A DNA stretch of 32,000 bases. Source: Caldivirga maquilingensis IC-167 (lineage in GTDB: Archaea; Thermoproteota; Thermoprotei; Thermoproteales; Thermocladiaceae). The stretch is from assembly GCF_000018305.1 (NCBI RefSeq), contig NC_009954.1:360001-392000 (forward strand), written 5' to 3'. Both the position numbers and the translations under genes were made by a program. Position 1 is the first letter of the stretch. Each line of letters opens with the position of its first letter. Under the pieces are notes generated by a model. The model had not been told where the DNA came from, searched no databases, and was given only the letters and a program-made list of their open reading frames with translations. Below, piece after piece: positions 14,993 through 25,236 of the stretch.

Positions 14993-16972
14993 GTGGTTAA
15001 TCTTCAAGTGAGGGAAATAGCGGTAATAGGTAGTGGAACCATGGGTCATGGGATAGCTGAGGTTGCTGCAATAAGCGGCTTCAGTGTTCATTTAAATGAT
15101 CTAACACTTGATATACTTCAGAGGGCACTTAATAACATAAGGTGGAGCCTAGATAACCTTCATAGGAAGGGGCAGTTAAAGGAGGAGCCTAGTGAAGTAA
15201 TGTCAAGGATAAGTGTAACCACATCACTTGAGGATGCAGTGAAGAATGCCGACTTCATTATTGAGGCTGTCTTTGAAGACTTCAACGTTAAGAGCAGCAT
15301 CTTCAGGAGGATTAGTGAATACGCTCCACCTCATGCAATACTGGCCAGTAATACATCATCAATACCAATAAGTGAATTAGCCTCAGTGACTAATAGACCT
15401 GATAAAGTCATTGGAATGCACTTCTTCAACCCACCAGTATTAATGAAACTAATTGAGGTTGTTAGAGGTGATAGGACTAGTGATGAGACAGTTAACGTAA
15501 CCGTTGAACTGGGTAGGAGGCTTGGTAAGGAGCCTGTTGTGGTTAATAAGGATGTACCAGGCTTCATATCCAATAGAGTATTCATGAGGCTTATTGAGGC
15601 AGCTTGCCTAATGGTTACTGGTAATGAGGCAACCATTGAGGCTATTGATAGTGCAGCCAGGTTTAAGCTGGGGTTACCGATGGGTGTCTTTGAGTTAATC
15701 GACTTCGTAGGCATTGACGTGGTTAACTCAATACTGAAGGCCATGGTTAACAGGGGCTTCAGGTTCAGTGGCTGTGGGTTAATTGATGAGAGGGTTAAGG
15801 AGGGTAAGCTTGGGTTAAAGACTGGGGAGGGCTTTTACAAGTACCCTGAGGTCGGGAAGTATAGTAGAGTTAATGTACCTAAGGAGGCTGGGGAGGGAGT
15901 TAACCCAGTTAGGTTAATTGCCCTGGCTGTTAATGAGGCTGCCTGGTTAATTAGGAGTAATGTGGCGTCCGCGGTTGACGTGGATACGGTGACTAAGCTA
16001 GGCTTCGGCTTCCCAAAGGGCCTACTGGAGTACGCCGACTCCTACGGTATCGGAGGCATCATGGTTGAGTTAATTAAGCTTAAGGAGAAGTACGGCACCA
16101 TTGAAGTGGATCCATTAATAATGCAAATGGTGGCTGAGGGTAATATTGGGGTTAAGGCTGGTTCAGGATTCCACCAGTACGGTGGAGGGGGTTACGAAAC
16201 CATTAAACTAACCATTGAACCACCAATAGCTTGGATTACCTTAAATAGGCCTGAGAAATTGAATGCAATAAATAGGAAAATGATTAGTGAATTAATGGAA
16301 GTAATCAATAGACTGGAAGCTGAACCATTCGATAGGGTTAGGGTTATTGTAATCAGGGGTGCTGGTAAAGCCTTCTCAGCGGGTGCTGACTTAACAATGT
16401 TCAGTGAGGAGGAGCCCACTGAGGCTTATTTAACAAGCAGGATGCTTCAGGAATTAACCAATAAACTGGAGACGCTTAATAGGCCTGTAATAGCCATGAT
16501 CCACGGCTACGCCCTTGGAGGCGGGCTTGAATTAGCGTTAGCCTGTGATCTTAGAATAGCCTCAGAGGATGCTGTGCTCGGGTTACCTGAAGTTACACTA
16601 GGCCTAATACCGGGCTCAGGTGGCGCTAAGAGATTGGTTAGGTTAATTGGATTAGGTAAGGCTAAGGAACTAATCCTAACCGGGGCTAGGTTAAATGCAA
16701 GGGAGGCTGAGGAACTAGGTATTGTTAATAGGGTTGTACCAATTAGTGAATTAGAGAATGAGACTAAGGCCATTGCACTTAAACTAGCTGAGGAACCACC
16801 AATAACCCTCATGGTTGCTAAGGGAATCCTAAACATGACTGGTGAAGGATCATTAGAAGGCGTACTCACAGCTGAATCAATGGGCTTTGGCCTACTATTC
16901 TCAACAAAGGACTCAAGGGAGGGGATTAAGGCATTCCTTGAGAAGAGGCAACCCAAGTACCAGGGTAAGTGA
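14993..16972 (+). CDS. Fused 3-hydroxyacyl-CoA dehydrogenase (N-terminal) / enoyl-CoA (crotonyl-CoA) hydratase (C-terminal)
   Basis: 659 aa. Rossmann IGSGTMGHGIA and HFFNPP in the N-terminal half. Crotonase motifs GAGKAFSAGADL and GYALGGGLELALACD in the C-terminal half. Confidence 0.9.
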   Translation: MVNLQVREIAVIGSGTMGHGIAEVAAISGFSVHLNDLTLDILQRALNNIRWSLDNLHRKGQLKEEPSEVMSRISVTTSLEDAVKNADFIIEAVFEDFNVKSSIFRRISEYAPPHAILASNTSSIPISELASVTNRPDKVIGMHFFNPPVLMKLIEVVRGDRTSDETVNVTVELGRRLGKEPVVVNKDVPGFISNRVFMRLIEAACLMVTGNEATIEAIDSAARFKLGLPMGVFELIDFVGIDVVNSILKAMVNRGFRFSGCGLIDERVKEGKLGLKTGEGFYKYPEVGKYSRVNVPKEAGEGVNPVRLIALAVNEAAWLIRSNVASAVDVDTVTKLGFGFPKGLLEYADSYGIGGIMVELIKLKEKYGTIEVDPLIMQMVAEGNIGVKAGSGFHQYGGGGYETIKLTIEPPIAWITLNRPEKLNAINRKMISELMEVINRLEAEPFDRVRVIVIRGAGKAFSAGADLTMFSEEEPTEAYLTSRMLQELTNKLETLNRPVIAMIHGYALGGGLELALACDLRIASEDAVLGLPEVTLGLIPGSGGAKRLVRLIGLGKAKELILTGARLNAREAEELGIVNRVVPISELENETKAIALKLAEEPPITLMVAKGILNMTGEGSLEGVLTAESMGFGLLFSTKDSREGIKAFLEKRQPKYQGK

Positions 16973-17066
16973 GGGCTCTTATAAATTCATATAATGTTAA
17001 AAATTATCATAAGTAGTAATTAAAATAATAGAAATATTTAAAAAGAAGAAAGCTAAAGTTATTATT

Positions 17067-18929
17067 ATGGCTATTTTCAGAATACTCAGGGTAAATTTAT
17101 CAACCGAGACCTTTAATGAGGAGGTTGTTAAAGATGATTTACTGAAATCATTCCTAGGTGGTAGGGGTTTAGCGGCGTACTACGCCTTTAAGGAGATACC
17201 AAGGGGCATTGACCCCCTTGACCCCAGTAATAAGCTTTACATTTTCTCAGGCCCACTCAGTGGAGTCGCCACCTTATCCACAAGTAGGGTTAACGTTACC
17301 ACAAGGTCCGTGTTGAACGGTGTCTACACGCACTCTAATGCCGGCGGCAACTTCTCCTACTGGTTAAGGAGATCTGGTTACGATGGGATAATTATTGAGG
17401 GTAAGGCTGAGGAACCAGTCTACCTAGTGGTTAAGAATGGGGAACCATCATTAAAGCCTGCTAAACATATTTGGGGCAAGTGGACTGGCTCAGCCACTAA
17501 AATAATCCTAACTGAGAATGGATTCCCACCTGATGAAACTAAGGCCGGTGTAGCCGTAATAGGCCCCGCTGGTGAAAACCTGGTGAAGTTCGCTGGTATC
17601 AGGTTCTCAGACTATGAGAGATTCGCAGGACGTGGTGGGGTGGGGGCTGTTATGGGTAGTAAGAGGCTTAAAGGCATACTAGTGTGGGGGACGAGGGATC
17701 TGTATAGGGAATTGGTTGATAAGAATGCATTCATGAAGGTTAATAATGAGATTGTGAAGAGACTTGTAACACATGATACAACTAAGGCTCTACACGCCTA
17801 CGGTACCAATGTCCTCATGAATCTTGTTCAAGCCGTTGGAGGCCTACCCCATTATAATTTCGCAGGTACCGGGTTGATTAAGAATGTTGATGATGTTAGC
17901 GGTGAGTTAATTAAGAGTAAGTACGTTGTGGAGACCCACGGTTGCTTCAATTGCCCAATAGCCTGCACTCAAATAACAATGGTTAAGAGCGGCCCATTTA
18001 AGGTTCCTGGTGAGAAAATTAAGTACGAGTATGAGAATACCTGGGCACTGGGACCTAACATTGGTTTAACTAATGCTGAGCCTGTCCTTAAGCTTGAGAA
18101 GCTTGCCAATGAATTAGGCATGGATACTATAAGCCTAGGCAATACACTGGCTGTTGCAACTGAGTTAAGTAAAATGGGTAAGCTTAAGCTTGATGTGGAT
18201 TGGAGCGATGCAGCCTCCTACATTGACTTAACCTACAAGATAGCCTACAGGGAGGGTATTGGTGATGAGTTGGCTGAGGGTGATTATAGACTTGCCATGA
18301 AGTATAATGCCCCTGAAACCTTCACTGGGGCTAGAGGACAAGGATTACCTGCATATGACCCAAGGGCGCATAAGGGCTTTGCACTTGCTTACTATACGGC
18401 AAATAGGGGTGGGGATCATTTAGAGGCCTACACGCCTACATGGGAGATACTTAGTACTGTCTTCGGTAAGCCAGGTAAGGTTGATCCACACGATGACTCA
18501 CCTGCCGGTATTGATCTTCAAGCTAGGTTGGTTAAGTGGAACCAGGACTTATTCGCAGTGGTTGACTCCTCAATTTTCTGTAAGTTCGAGAACCTCGTAC
18601 CCAATGTTAACACTGAGCAGGATATAGCTAACCTATATAATGCCGCCTATGGCTGGGATTTAACACCTGATGATGTTTTAACCATTGGTGAACGCATATT
18701 TAACATGGAGAGACTCTTCTGGGTTAGGGAGGGGAAGTGGGTTAAGGATGAGTTACCACCTAGGATGAGGGAACCAATACCTGATGGACCTGCTAAGGGT
18801 CATACAGCTTCAAGGATGTTTGATGAGGGTATTAAGAAGTACTATGAGTTAAGGGGATGGGTTAATGGTAAGCCCACTAGGGATACATTAAGGAAGCTTG
18901 GGCTTAGTGAATTTGAGTACGTACTTTAA
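17067..18929 (+). CDS. aor: Aldehyde:ferredoxin oxidoreductase family (tungstopterin) enzyme
   Basis: 620 aa. AOR N-terminal domain, [4Fe-4S] ligand region HGCFNCPIAC, and RGGDHLEAY. Confidence 0.9.
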   Translation: MAIFRILRVNLSTETFNEEVVKDDLLKSFLGGRGLAAYYAFKEIPRGIDPLDPSNKLYIFSGPLSGVATLSTSRVNVTTRSVLNGVYTHSNAGGNFSYWLRRSGYDGIIIEGKAEEPVYLVVKNGEPSLKPAKHIWGKWTGSATKIILTENGFPPDETKAGVAVIGPAGENLVKFAGIRFSDYERFAGRGGVGAVMGSKRLKGILVWGTRDLYRELVDKNAFMKVNNEIVKRLVTHDTTKALHAYGTNVLMNLVQAVGGLPHYNFAGTGLIKNVDDVSGELIKSKYVVETHGCFNCPIACTQITMVKSGPFKVPGEKIKYEYENTWALGPNIGLTNAEPVLKLEKLANELGMDTISLGNTLAVATELSKMGKLKLDVDWSDAASYIDLTYKIAYREGIGDELAEGDYRLAMKYNAPETFTGARGQGLPAYDPRAHKGFALAYYTANRGGDHLEAYTPTWEILSTVFGKPGKVDPHDDSPAGIDLQARLVKWNQDLFAVVDSSIFCKFENLVPNVNTEQDIANLYNAAYGWDLTPDDVLTIGERIFNMERLFWVREGKWVKDELPPRMREPIPDGPAKGHTASRMFDEGIKKYYELRGWVNGKPTRDTLRKLGLSEFEYVL

Positions 18930-18967
18930 ACGAAGGGGTTACGCATTAAATTACTGCTAAGTTTTAC

Positions 18968-20065
18968 CTAGTAAGTTACCTCAGTAATCCTGTAGTTTGA
19001 TTCATAGAGAAGGTCCAATACATCATCCATTAAGCTTACGCTTCCACCCTGGTATATTGCGTGTATTTCACCCATGGCTTGATCAAACGTAATGAACATT
19101 ACCTTAGATAAGTCGGGTCTTTCACCCTTCTCCGAATTAAGGAAATCAATCATGCTTTCCCTAAACCTAACACCCAGTACTATAAGGCTCCTTACCCCAT
19201 AGTGTTTACTTATTATTGACTTATAGTGGGGTGTCCAGGGGCATAGGTAGACTACTAGGCTCCTTGAACTATAGGTGAACATGTAGTTGACACCGCAGTA
19301 TATCTCCTTATCGAAAATGTACTTACCGTACATTGATAATGAATGCTTAATCACCCTAGCCCTAGTGTTCTTAGCCCTAGCTAACCCTAGTCTAAGGCTT
19401 CTTAAATCCATTAATGGGTTAACTAGGACTTCATCACCATGAAGCCTAGCCACTTGATTAAGTAAACCACTGGTTAAGGTATCTCTAATACCTTGACCGT
19501 AGAAGGCCCTTATGAAGCCTTCAATGGGTTTAAGGTTCCTTGCAATGGTTTCCAGGGTAACCATGTATATTGGGTTATCAATATTACCGTACACTATTGA
19601 TGATGAATCCAACTGCTGTGGTGGATCCTCCTTGGATAAGTAACCTGCTAGGTATTCAGGTATTACTACTGTTGACTTATCAATCCTCATGAGGAAGCCA
19701 CCCTTAACGTAATCATTAATGCTTACTTCATAACCAGCCAGGCTTAAGAGTACCCTAAGCCTATCTATGCGTTCACCATTACCAATGTAGTACCAGGTTA
19801 TTAATATTGGGTTAAGGCTTAGGTTCAAGGAACTTAACCTAGCCTTAATGAGACCCTCAACCCTATACTCCATTTCATCAACTATGGTTCTCCTAACCTT
19901 AACCTTGCTGTCGAGGTCTAGGGAATACACTTTAAGGGCCTCATTAAGCATATGGCTCATTCTATCACCATACCTAATACTGAAGTCAAGCTCAAGAGCC
20001 TCCCTACTCCTAGCCACTGTACCCTGGTACTTAGCCTCAAGTAACTCCAACTCCTCCATCATCAC
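18968..20065 (-). CDS. Hypothetical protein, 365 aa, no recognisable family
   Basis: Long uninterrupted ORF with host-like codon usage. It has its own TATA-like cttataaatt about 33 nt upstream of the ATG. I could not recognise any motif. Confidence 0.6.
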   Translation of the reverse strand: MMMEELELLEAKYQGTVARSREALELDFSIRYGDRMSHMLNEALKVYSLDLDSKVKVRRTIVDEMEYRVEGLIKARLSSLNLSLNPILITWYYIGNGERIDRLRVLLSLAGYEVSINDYVKGGFLMRIDKSTVVIPEYLAGYLSKEDPPQQLDSSSIVYGNIDNPIYMVTLETIARNLKPIEGFIRAFYGQGIRDTLTSGLLNQVARLHGDEVLVNPLMDLRSLRLGLARAKNTRARVIKHSLSMYGKYIFDKEIYCGVNYMFTYSSRSLVVYLCPWTPHYKSIISKHYGVRSLIVLGVRFRESMIDFLNSEKGERPDLSKVMFITFDQAMGEIHAIYQGGSVSLMDDVLDLLYESNYRITEVTY

Positions 20066-20131
20066 TTCAGCACGTTAAGTACCTGTAGGTGAATTTATAA
20101 GCCTTGTTAATGCTCATGCATTAATTAAGGG

Positions 20132-21397
20132 CTAGAAAACCAGCCCCTTAACCCTACTCATTATTAACCAACCGTACTCAAACCTACCTAAGCTACCCTT
20201 ACTGGCGTTAACCTCATTAAACGTTAAGCCATCCGCCTTAACCCTACTTGACTTCAACATTATCGGCACTGGGTCATCGCTATGCGCCTTCAGGGACCAC
20301 GGGGTTGCATGATCACTGGTAACCAGTATTGAACCATCCCAATTACCCTTAATTAACCTAGCCACGTAGTACTCATCAATATCCTCTATAGCCTTAACCT
20401 TACCCTTCAAGTCACCGTCATGACCCGGTTCATCAGGTCCCTTTAAGTGAACGTAGGCTACATCAACCCTCTCCAGAAGCCTCATTGTGGCTTCAAAGCG
20501 TTCACTAAGAACCTCATCCTTAGGGGCGTTGTAGAGCTTAACCTCCTCAATATCCATTCCAAGCGCCCTAGCAATACCCCTCTCCACCGGCATCTCAGCC
20601 ACTGCACCGAATTTAAGCCCATATAGTTGGTTTATTGGTGTTACCTTAGGTAATGAGTCACCGGCATCCCTCATTAGTATTACGTTAGCCTGAAGCAAAC
20701 CCTTCCTAGCCCTCTCCTTATTTAATGGGTGATCCTTAAGTATGCTTATTACCTTATCAACAAATTCATTAGCTAACCTAGCCGTTAATGAAGACGCCTC
20801 ATCCTGTGGGTTTAAGGGCCTTATCTGGGCTAACTTATTATCAGGATTCGGTACAGCAACGGATACCTTACCAACCCTAACGTAGGCTGGGTCATTATTG
20901 GTAACATCCCCACTGAGGCGCCCTGACTTAACACCAATAATCACCACAGCCCTATGACCAATGGTTGCCATAACCCTAGCATACCCTAAGCCACCCCCGA
21001 GTTCAATACCATCCACTGCCTTAGCTAATTCCTGGGCCTCCCAGGATTCAAGACTCCTACCAACCCTCCTATCAAGGATAATCCTTGATTCAGGATTAAT
21101 GGTGGCGAAATTAGCCCTAAAGGCAACCTCATAACCCTCCTTAACCCTGTAACCAACCCCAAGGGCCTCAAGGGGACCCCTACCTGTATAGTATTTATCT
21201 GGGTCGTAACCAAGTATGGATAATACGGCTGCATCACTCTCAGGAGCCTTGCCTACTCCTAATGGGTAGTGTAAGCCTAAGGCTCCTTGAACAGCCAGTG
21301 AGTCTAAGTTAGGCTTCTTAGCCATGGATAACGGAGTCTCACCCCTCTCATTAGGCCTATCGGCGGCTCCATCCAGTACCAGGAAAAGCAGCTTCAT
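20132..21397 (-). CDS. apgM: Cofactor-independent phosphoglycerate mutase, archaeal type
   Basis: 421 aa. MKLLFLVLDGAADRP N-terminus, HLKGPDEPGHDG, and TSDHATP. Confidence 0.9.
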   Translation of the reverse strand: MKLLFLVLDGAADRPNERGETPLSMAKKPNLDSLAVQGALGLHYPLGVGKAPESDAAVLSILGYDPDKYYTGRGPLEALGVGYRVKEGYEVAFRANFATINPESRIILDRRVGRSLESWEAQELAKAVDGIELGGGLGYARVMATIGHRAVVIIGVKSGRLSGDVTNNDPAYVRVGKVSVAVPNPDNKLAQIRPLNPQDEASSLTARLANEFVDKVISILKDHPLNKERARKGLLQANVILMRDAGDSLPKVTPINQLYGLKFGAVAEMPVERGIARALGMDIEEVKLYNAPKDEVLSERFEATMRLLERVDVAYVHLKGPDEPGHDGDLKGKVKAIEDIDEYYVARLIKGNWDGSILVTSDHATPWSLKAHSDDPVPIMLKSSRVKADGLTFNEVNASKGSLGRFEYGWLIMSRVKGLVF

Positions 21398-21613
21398 ACC
21401 TAGACATGGAGCCTATGCTTTTTAAGCGTTCGCAAATCCACTTAACTAGAATTAAGGGGAAAGGAGCACACCCTTTGAAAGAGTGAGGCGGAATTCACGT
21501 TGCCTTAACTTAAAACAGTAAATAGTGAATCAGTGGCTGGAATACAGTATTATTTAATTGCCTTGCTGGGGATGCTGCGAAAAGCATTTTTAGTCAAGTA
21601 ATCTTAGGCAATT

Positions 21614-21979
21614 ATGGCCACTGAGATTCCGCCAGCGGTTAGGAATGACTTGGATAGGTTAAGGCAGTTGGAGGATCAGCTTCAGGCAGTGCTGCTTAGG
21701 AAGCAGCAGTATGAGGGTGAGTTGAGGAATGTGGATAAGGCCCTTAATGAGTTGAATAAGCTTCCACAGGACTCGAAGGTGTATAAGGTTGTGGGAACCT
21801 TCCTACTTTCAACCACTAGGGATGAGGCTATACAGGACCTTAACCAGAGGAAGGAGTTACTGGACCTTCATCTTCAATCCCTTGTAAAGCAGGAGAATAT
21901 GCTTAGGAAGCAGATAAGTGAGTTGGAGAATAAGGTTAAGCAAGTGCTTGCTGCAGGTCAAGGTGGGCAAGTTCAATAG
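21614..21979 (+). CDS. pfdB: Prefoldin beta subunit
   Basis: 121 aa. Two coiled-coil arms flank a beta-hairpin core (VYKVVGTFLLSTTRDEA), the typical prefoldin beta architecture. Confidence 0.8.
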   Translation: MATEIPPAVRNDLDRLRQLEDQLQAVLLRKQQYEGELRNVDKALNELNKLPQDSKVYKVVGTFLLSTTRDEAIQDLNQRKELLDLHLQSLVKQENMLRKQISELENKVKQVLAAGQGGQVQ

Positions 21980-22190
21980 GAGTTAAGCTTAATCAATAGT
22001 GATTTAAACACTTGCTTGAAATTACCCATAATTAACTTAAGCTCACTCATTAAAATGAGTCCTAAATTATGAGTAAAGCAATGTAAATCATGTAATGTTG
22101 ATGCATGGGTTAATTAAAACACCTTAAGTTAATCCTCGGTTGAATCAGGATTGTTTCCAAGTAAGTTTTAAGTATTATTGGTTAATTTGC

Positions 22191-23624
22191 TTAAGCCTTA
22201 ACCCCCTCATCCTTAATCGACTTAAACACCCCCTCCCTATAATACCTCTTAGACACCTCCGGTGGTATGTTGGAGAATTCATCATCTGGGAGAATGCTTA
22301 AGGCATCCCAGGCTATATCCAGCGTCTGTTCGAAGGTTCTCCTCTCATAGAAGCCCTGGGCTATGAACCTCCTCTCAAACTCATCAGCGAACCTGAGGTA
22401 CCTCCTTTCACGCCAACTTAAATTACCCTCACCAACCAGTACTGCTAGGTTCCTGACGTCAAGGGCCCTTGAGTATGCTGATATTAATTGGTTAGCCACG
22501 TACTTATGATCATCCCTAGTCTTCCCCTCACCCACGGCGTCCTTCATAAGCCTTGATAGGCTCATTAAAACATCGAACGGTGGGTAAATACCCTTACCCC
22601 ACATTGACCTTGATAGGACTAATTGACCCTCTGTAATGTAGCCTGTTAAGTCTGGTACTGGGTGGGTTATGTCGTCGTGAGGCATTGTTAATATTGGGAA
22701 TTGAGTAACACTACCCTTCCTACCCCTAGCCCTACCAGCCCTCTCGAATATTGAGGCTAAATCAGTGTACATGTAGCCTGGGTAACCCCTCCTACCGGGT
22801 AATTCACCCTTGGCTGATGAAAGCTCCCTAAGTGCCTCAGCGTAATTAAGCATGTCACTTAGAATAACTAACACATGGTAATCCCTTTGCCAAGCCAAGT
22901 ACTCGGCTATGGTTAAGGCAACCCTAGGCGTGAGTATCCTCTCAGCTATTGGGTCACTGGCCAGGTTCATTACCAGTACCAGCCTCCTCAAGGCACCAGT
23001 CCTCCTGAACTCATCAATGAAGAATAAAGCCTCCTCGGTCCTAAGCCCAATGGCCGCGAAGACTATTGCGAACTCCTCCTCACTACCCCTAACCGTGGCT
23101 TGTCTAGCAACTTGGGCTGCAAGCATATTATGGGGCAGTCCAGTGCCTGAGAATATGGGTAACTTCTGCCCCCTAACCATGGTGTAGAGTCCATCTATTG
23201 CACTAACACCGGTCTCAATGGGTTCCTCCGGGTAATCCCTGGCGTATGGGTTAAGTGGTTCACCGTTAACATCAAGGAAATCCTCCGCGGGAGGCATTGA
23301 TAATGAATCCCTAGGCACACCCCTACCGCTAATTATCCTACCCAGTAAATCCTCTGATACCGGAAGCCTTAGGGTGGTTCCATAGAATCTAACCGTTGAG
23401 CCACTTGCCGGTAAGCCTAATGTGCCCGTTAGGACTTGGGCTATGGCGTAGTCAGGTCCAACCTCTATGACTTGAATAAGCCTGGGTTCACCATCAGGCC
23501 CAGTTACAACACCCATTTCACCGTAGGATATCCCCTTAGTCCTCTCAATAACTATTAAAGGCCCCTTAACCTCCCTAACAGTCCTATACTCCTGTATCCC
23601 CCTAATCTCAAGAAGCTTGGACAT
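22191..23624 (-). CDS. atpB: A/V-type ATP synthase subunit B
   Basis: 477 aa. [21 protein letters not shown] (degenerate P-loop of the B subunit) and [21 protein letters not shown]. Confidence 0.95.
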   Translation of the reverse strand: MSKLLEIRGIQEYRTVREVKGPLIVIERTKGISYGEMGVVTGPDGEPRLIQVIEVGPDYAIAQVLTGTLGLPASGSTVRFYGTTLRLPVSEDLLGRIISGRGVPRDSLSMPPAEDFLDVNGEPLNPYARDYPEEPIETGVSAIDGLYTMVRGQKLPIFSGTGLPHNMLAAQVARQATVRGSEEEFAIVFAAIGLRTEEALFFIDEFRRTGALRRLVLVMNLASDPIAERILTPRVALTIAEYLAWQRDYHVLVILSDMLNYAEALRELSSAKGELPGRRGYPGYMYTDLASIFERAGRARGRKGSVTQFPILTMPHDDITHPVPDLTGYITEGQLVLSRSMWGKGIYPPFDVLMSLSRLMKDAVGEGKTRDDHKYVANQLISAYSRALDVRNLAVLVGEGNLSWRERRYLRFADEFERRFIAQGFYERRTFEQTLDIAWDALSILPDDEFSNIPPEVSKRYYREGVFKSIKDEGVKA

Positions 23625-23677
23625 TAATTAAACCGTACAGTGATTAGTTTTTAACTATTAACACAAATACCGGTTAA

Positions 23678-24544
23678 ATGAAGCTTAAGGATGAGTTAAA
23701 GAGCGTTATACCTCAGGATTTACTAAACCTAGTACCCTCCGGTTTCGACATAATTGGATCTAGATCCGGGGCAGTGGCCATTATTGAAATACCCAGTGAA
23801 CTAGAGGATTATAAGTACGAGATAGCTAAGGCGATAATTAGGAATAGTAGGAATGTTAAGGCAGTGTTAAGGAGGATTGGGCCTAGGAGTGGTGAATTTA
23901 GGCTATACAATTACGAGAAGTTAATCGGTGACCTCACTGAGGTTATTCACGTTGAATCTGGGGTTAGGTTAATGCTTGATCCAACTAAGGTATTCTTCTC
24001 CCCTAGGGATCAGTATGATAGGCTTGATTTAGCATCAAGGGTTAAGGATAATGAGGTAATAGCCTACTTATTCGCTGGGATAGCGCCATACGCATTCATA
24101 ATACTTAAACATAAACCCACGGTACGCATAATATATGCTGTTGAAATAAACCCTGAGGCCATTAAGTACGCTGAAATCAACGTGAAGCTAAATAAGGCTA
24201 GGGGTAAGGTAGTGCCCATTGAGTACGATGCCTCAGCCTTCTGTGAGAGAATGAGGGATAGATTCCATAGAGTAATAATGACCCTACCCCTGGGTGCTCA
24301 CCAATACCTGCATGATGCAATAGGATGCGTGGCTAATGGAGGTGTGGTGAACTTCTATCACACTGGCCCAGAGGAGAATCCCTTTAAGGACGCTGAGGAG
24401 ATTGTCATGAGGCACTGCAGTAATGCTAATGTTGACTGCAGGATAATTAATGAGAGGGTTGTCAGGGAGTATGCACCCAGGGTGTATAAGGTTAGGGTTG
24501 ATTTTGAAGTGAGTAAGGTAAGGAATAATCTAAAACTTAATTAA
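23678..24544 (+). CDS. trm5: tRNA (guanine37-N1)-methyltransferase Trm5/Taw22 family (Met-10+ like)
   Basis: 288 aa. N-terminal LKSVIPQDLLNLVPSGFDIIGS..AIIEIP, a class I methyltransferase core, and VIMTLPLGA (NLP-like motif). Confidence 0.7.
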   Translation: MKLKDELKSVIPQDLLNLVPSGFDIIGSRSGAVAIIEIPSELEDYKYEIAKAIIRNSRNVKAVLRRIGPRSGEFRLYNYEKLIGDLTEVIHVESGVRLMLDPTKVFFSPRDQYDRLDLASRVKDNEVIAYLFAGIAPYAFIILKHKPTVRIIYAVEINPEAIKYAEINVKLNKARGKVVPIEYDASAFCERMRDRFHRVIMTLPLGAHQYLHDAIGCVANGGVVNFYHTGPEENPFKDAEEIVMRHCSNANVDCRIINERVVREYAPRVYKVRVDFEVSKVRNNLKLN

Positions 24545-24598
24545 TTTTAATCAAGTTTTCACTCAGACTAAGTATTCATTAAAAACATGCCTACTTAA

Positions 24599-25111
24599 TC
24601 ACAGGAACCTAGGCATCTCCTCCCCTCCCCTCTGCTGCCCACCCTCCTGTGCGCCACCAATCCTATGCTCAAAGTACAGTCTCAGTATCTCCGGTACCTC
24701 ACCAGCCGCATCATACTTCTTCAGTAAGTCAAGGTACTGCCCAGTGTGCTCAAGGTCAATCTTTATGAAGTTAACAGCCAGTTCACGCAGCTTAGCCTCA
24801 AGTTCCTTCAACATATCCGGCGTCATTATTGAGGTTATGAGGGGGTTGTTTAACCATGACTCAAAGTCCTTAGCGGTACGCTCTATGTAGTATATCATGG
24901 CCTGAGCCGAGAGCAGTAAAGTGTACCTATCCTGGCTCTTAACGTAGTCTGCGTACTTCTGTAAATCATCTATTAGTTTCCTTTGGCTTATTAACCAGCC
25001 ATCAAGTCTATTTATTAATCCCTTTATGTGAGCCTTAACCTGACTCTCCACGCTCATGTTTAACACTGATTCTACTACATAACCGCTATATTTAAACCTT
25101 TGCCCCAGCAT
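24599..25111 (-). CDS. Hypothetical helical protein with a Gly/Gln/Glu-rich C-terminal tail
   Basis: 170-aa ORF with a TATA-like ttatataaa about 30 nt upstream of the ATG. Predicted helical body, tail RIGGAQEGGQQRGGEEMPRFL. Confidence 0.55.
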   Translation of the reverse strand: MLGQRFKYSGYVVESVLNMSVESQVKAHIKGLINRLDGWLISQRKLIDDLQKYADYVKSQDRYTLLLSAQAMIYYIERTAKDFESWLNNPLITSIMTPDMLKELEAKLRELAVNFIKIDLEHTGQYLDLLKKYDAAGEVPEILRLYFEHRIGGAQEGGQQRGGEEMPRFL

Positions 25112-25236
25112 TATACGCTACTTAACCATAATTAGCGTTTATATAATGTAGTAATTAATCATGCATTAAGTTAAGAACCTAAACCTATAATATTAAATTT
25201 ATTATAATTAATTCGCAGAATTAACACAACCACTGC

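Noticed and set aside
22060-22152. Short hairpins (actcat-taaa-atgagt; aatcct-n10-aggatt) between the convergent pfdB and atpB genes as terminators
   Set aside because: The stems are only 6 bp in AT-rich DNA. Archaeal termination mainly uses oligo-T tracts, so these are not distinguishable from chance.
22191-23624. atpB standing alone, without other A-ATPase subunit genes, as a possible anomaly
   Set aside because: The gene looks intact and conserved. As far as I recall, dispersed ATPase genes are a feature of Thermoproteales genomes, so I did not score this as a finding.
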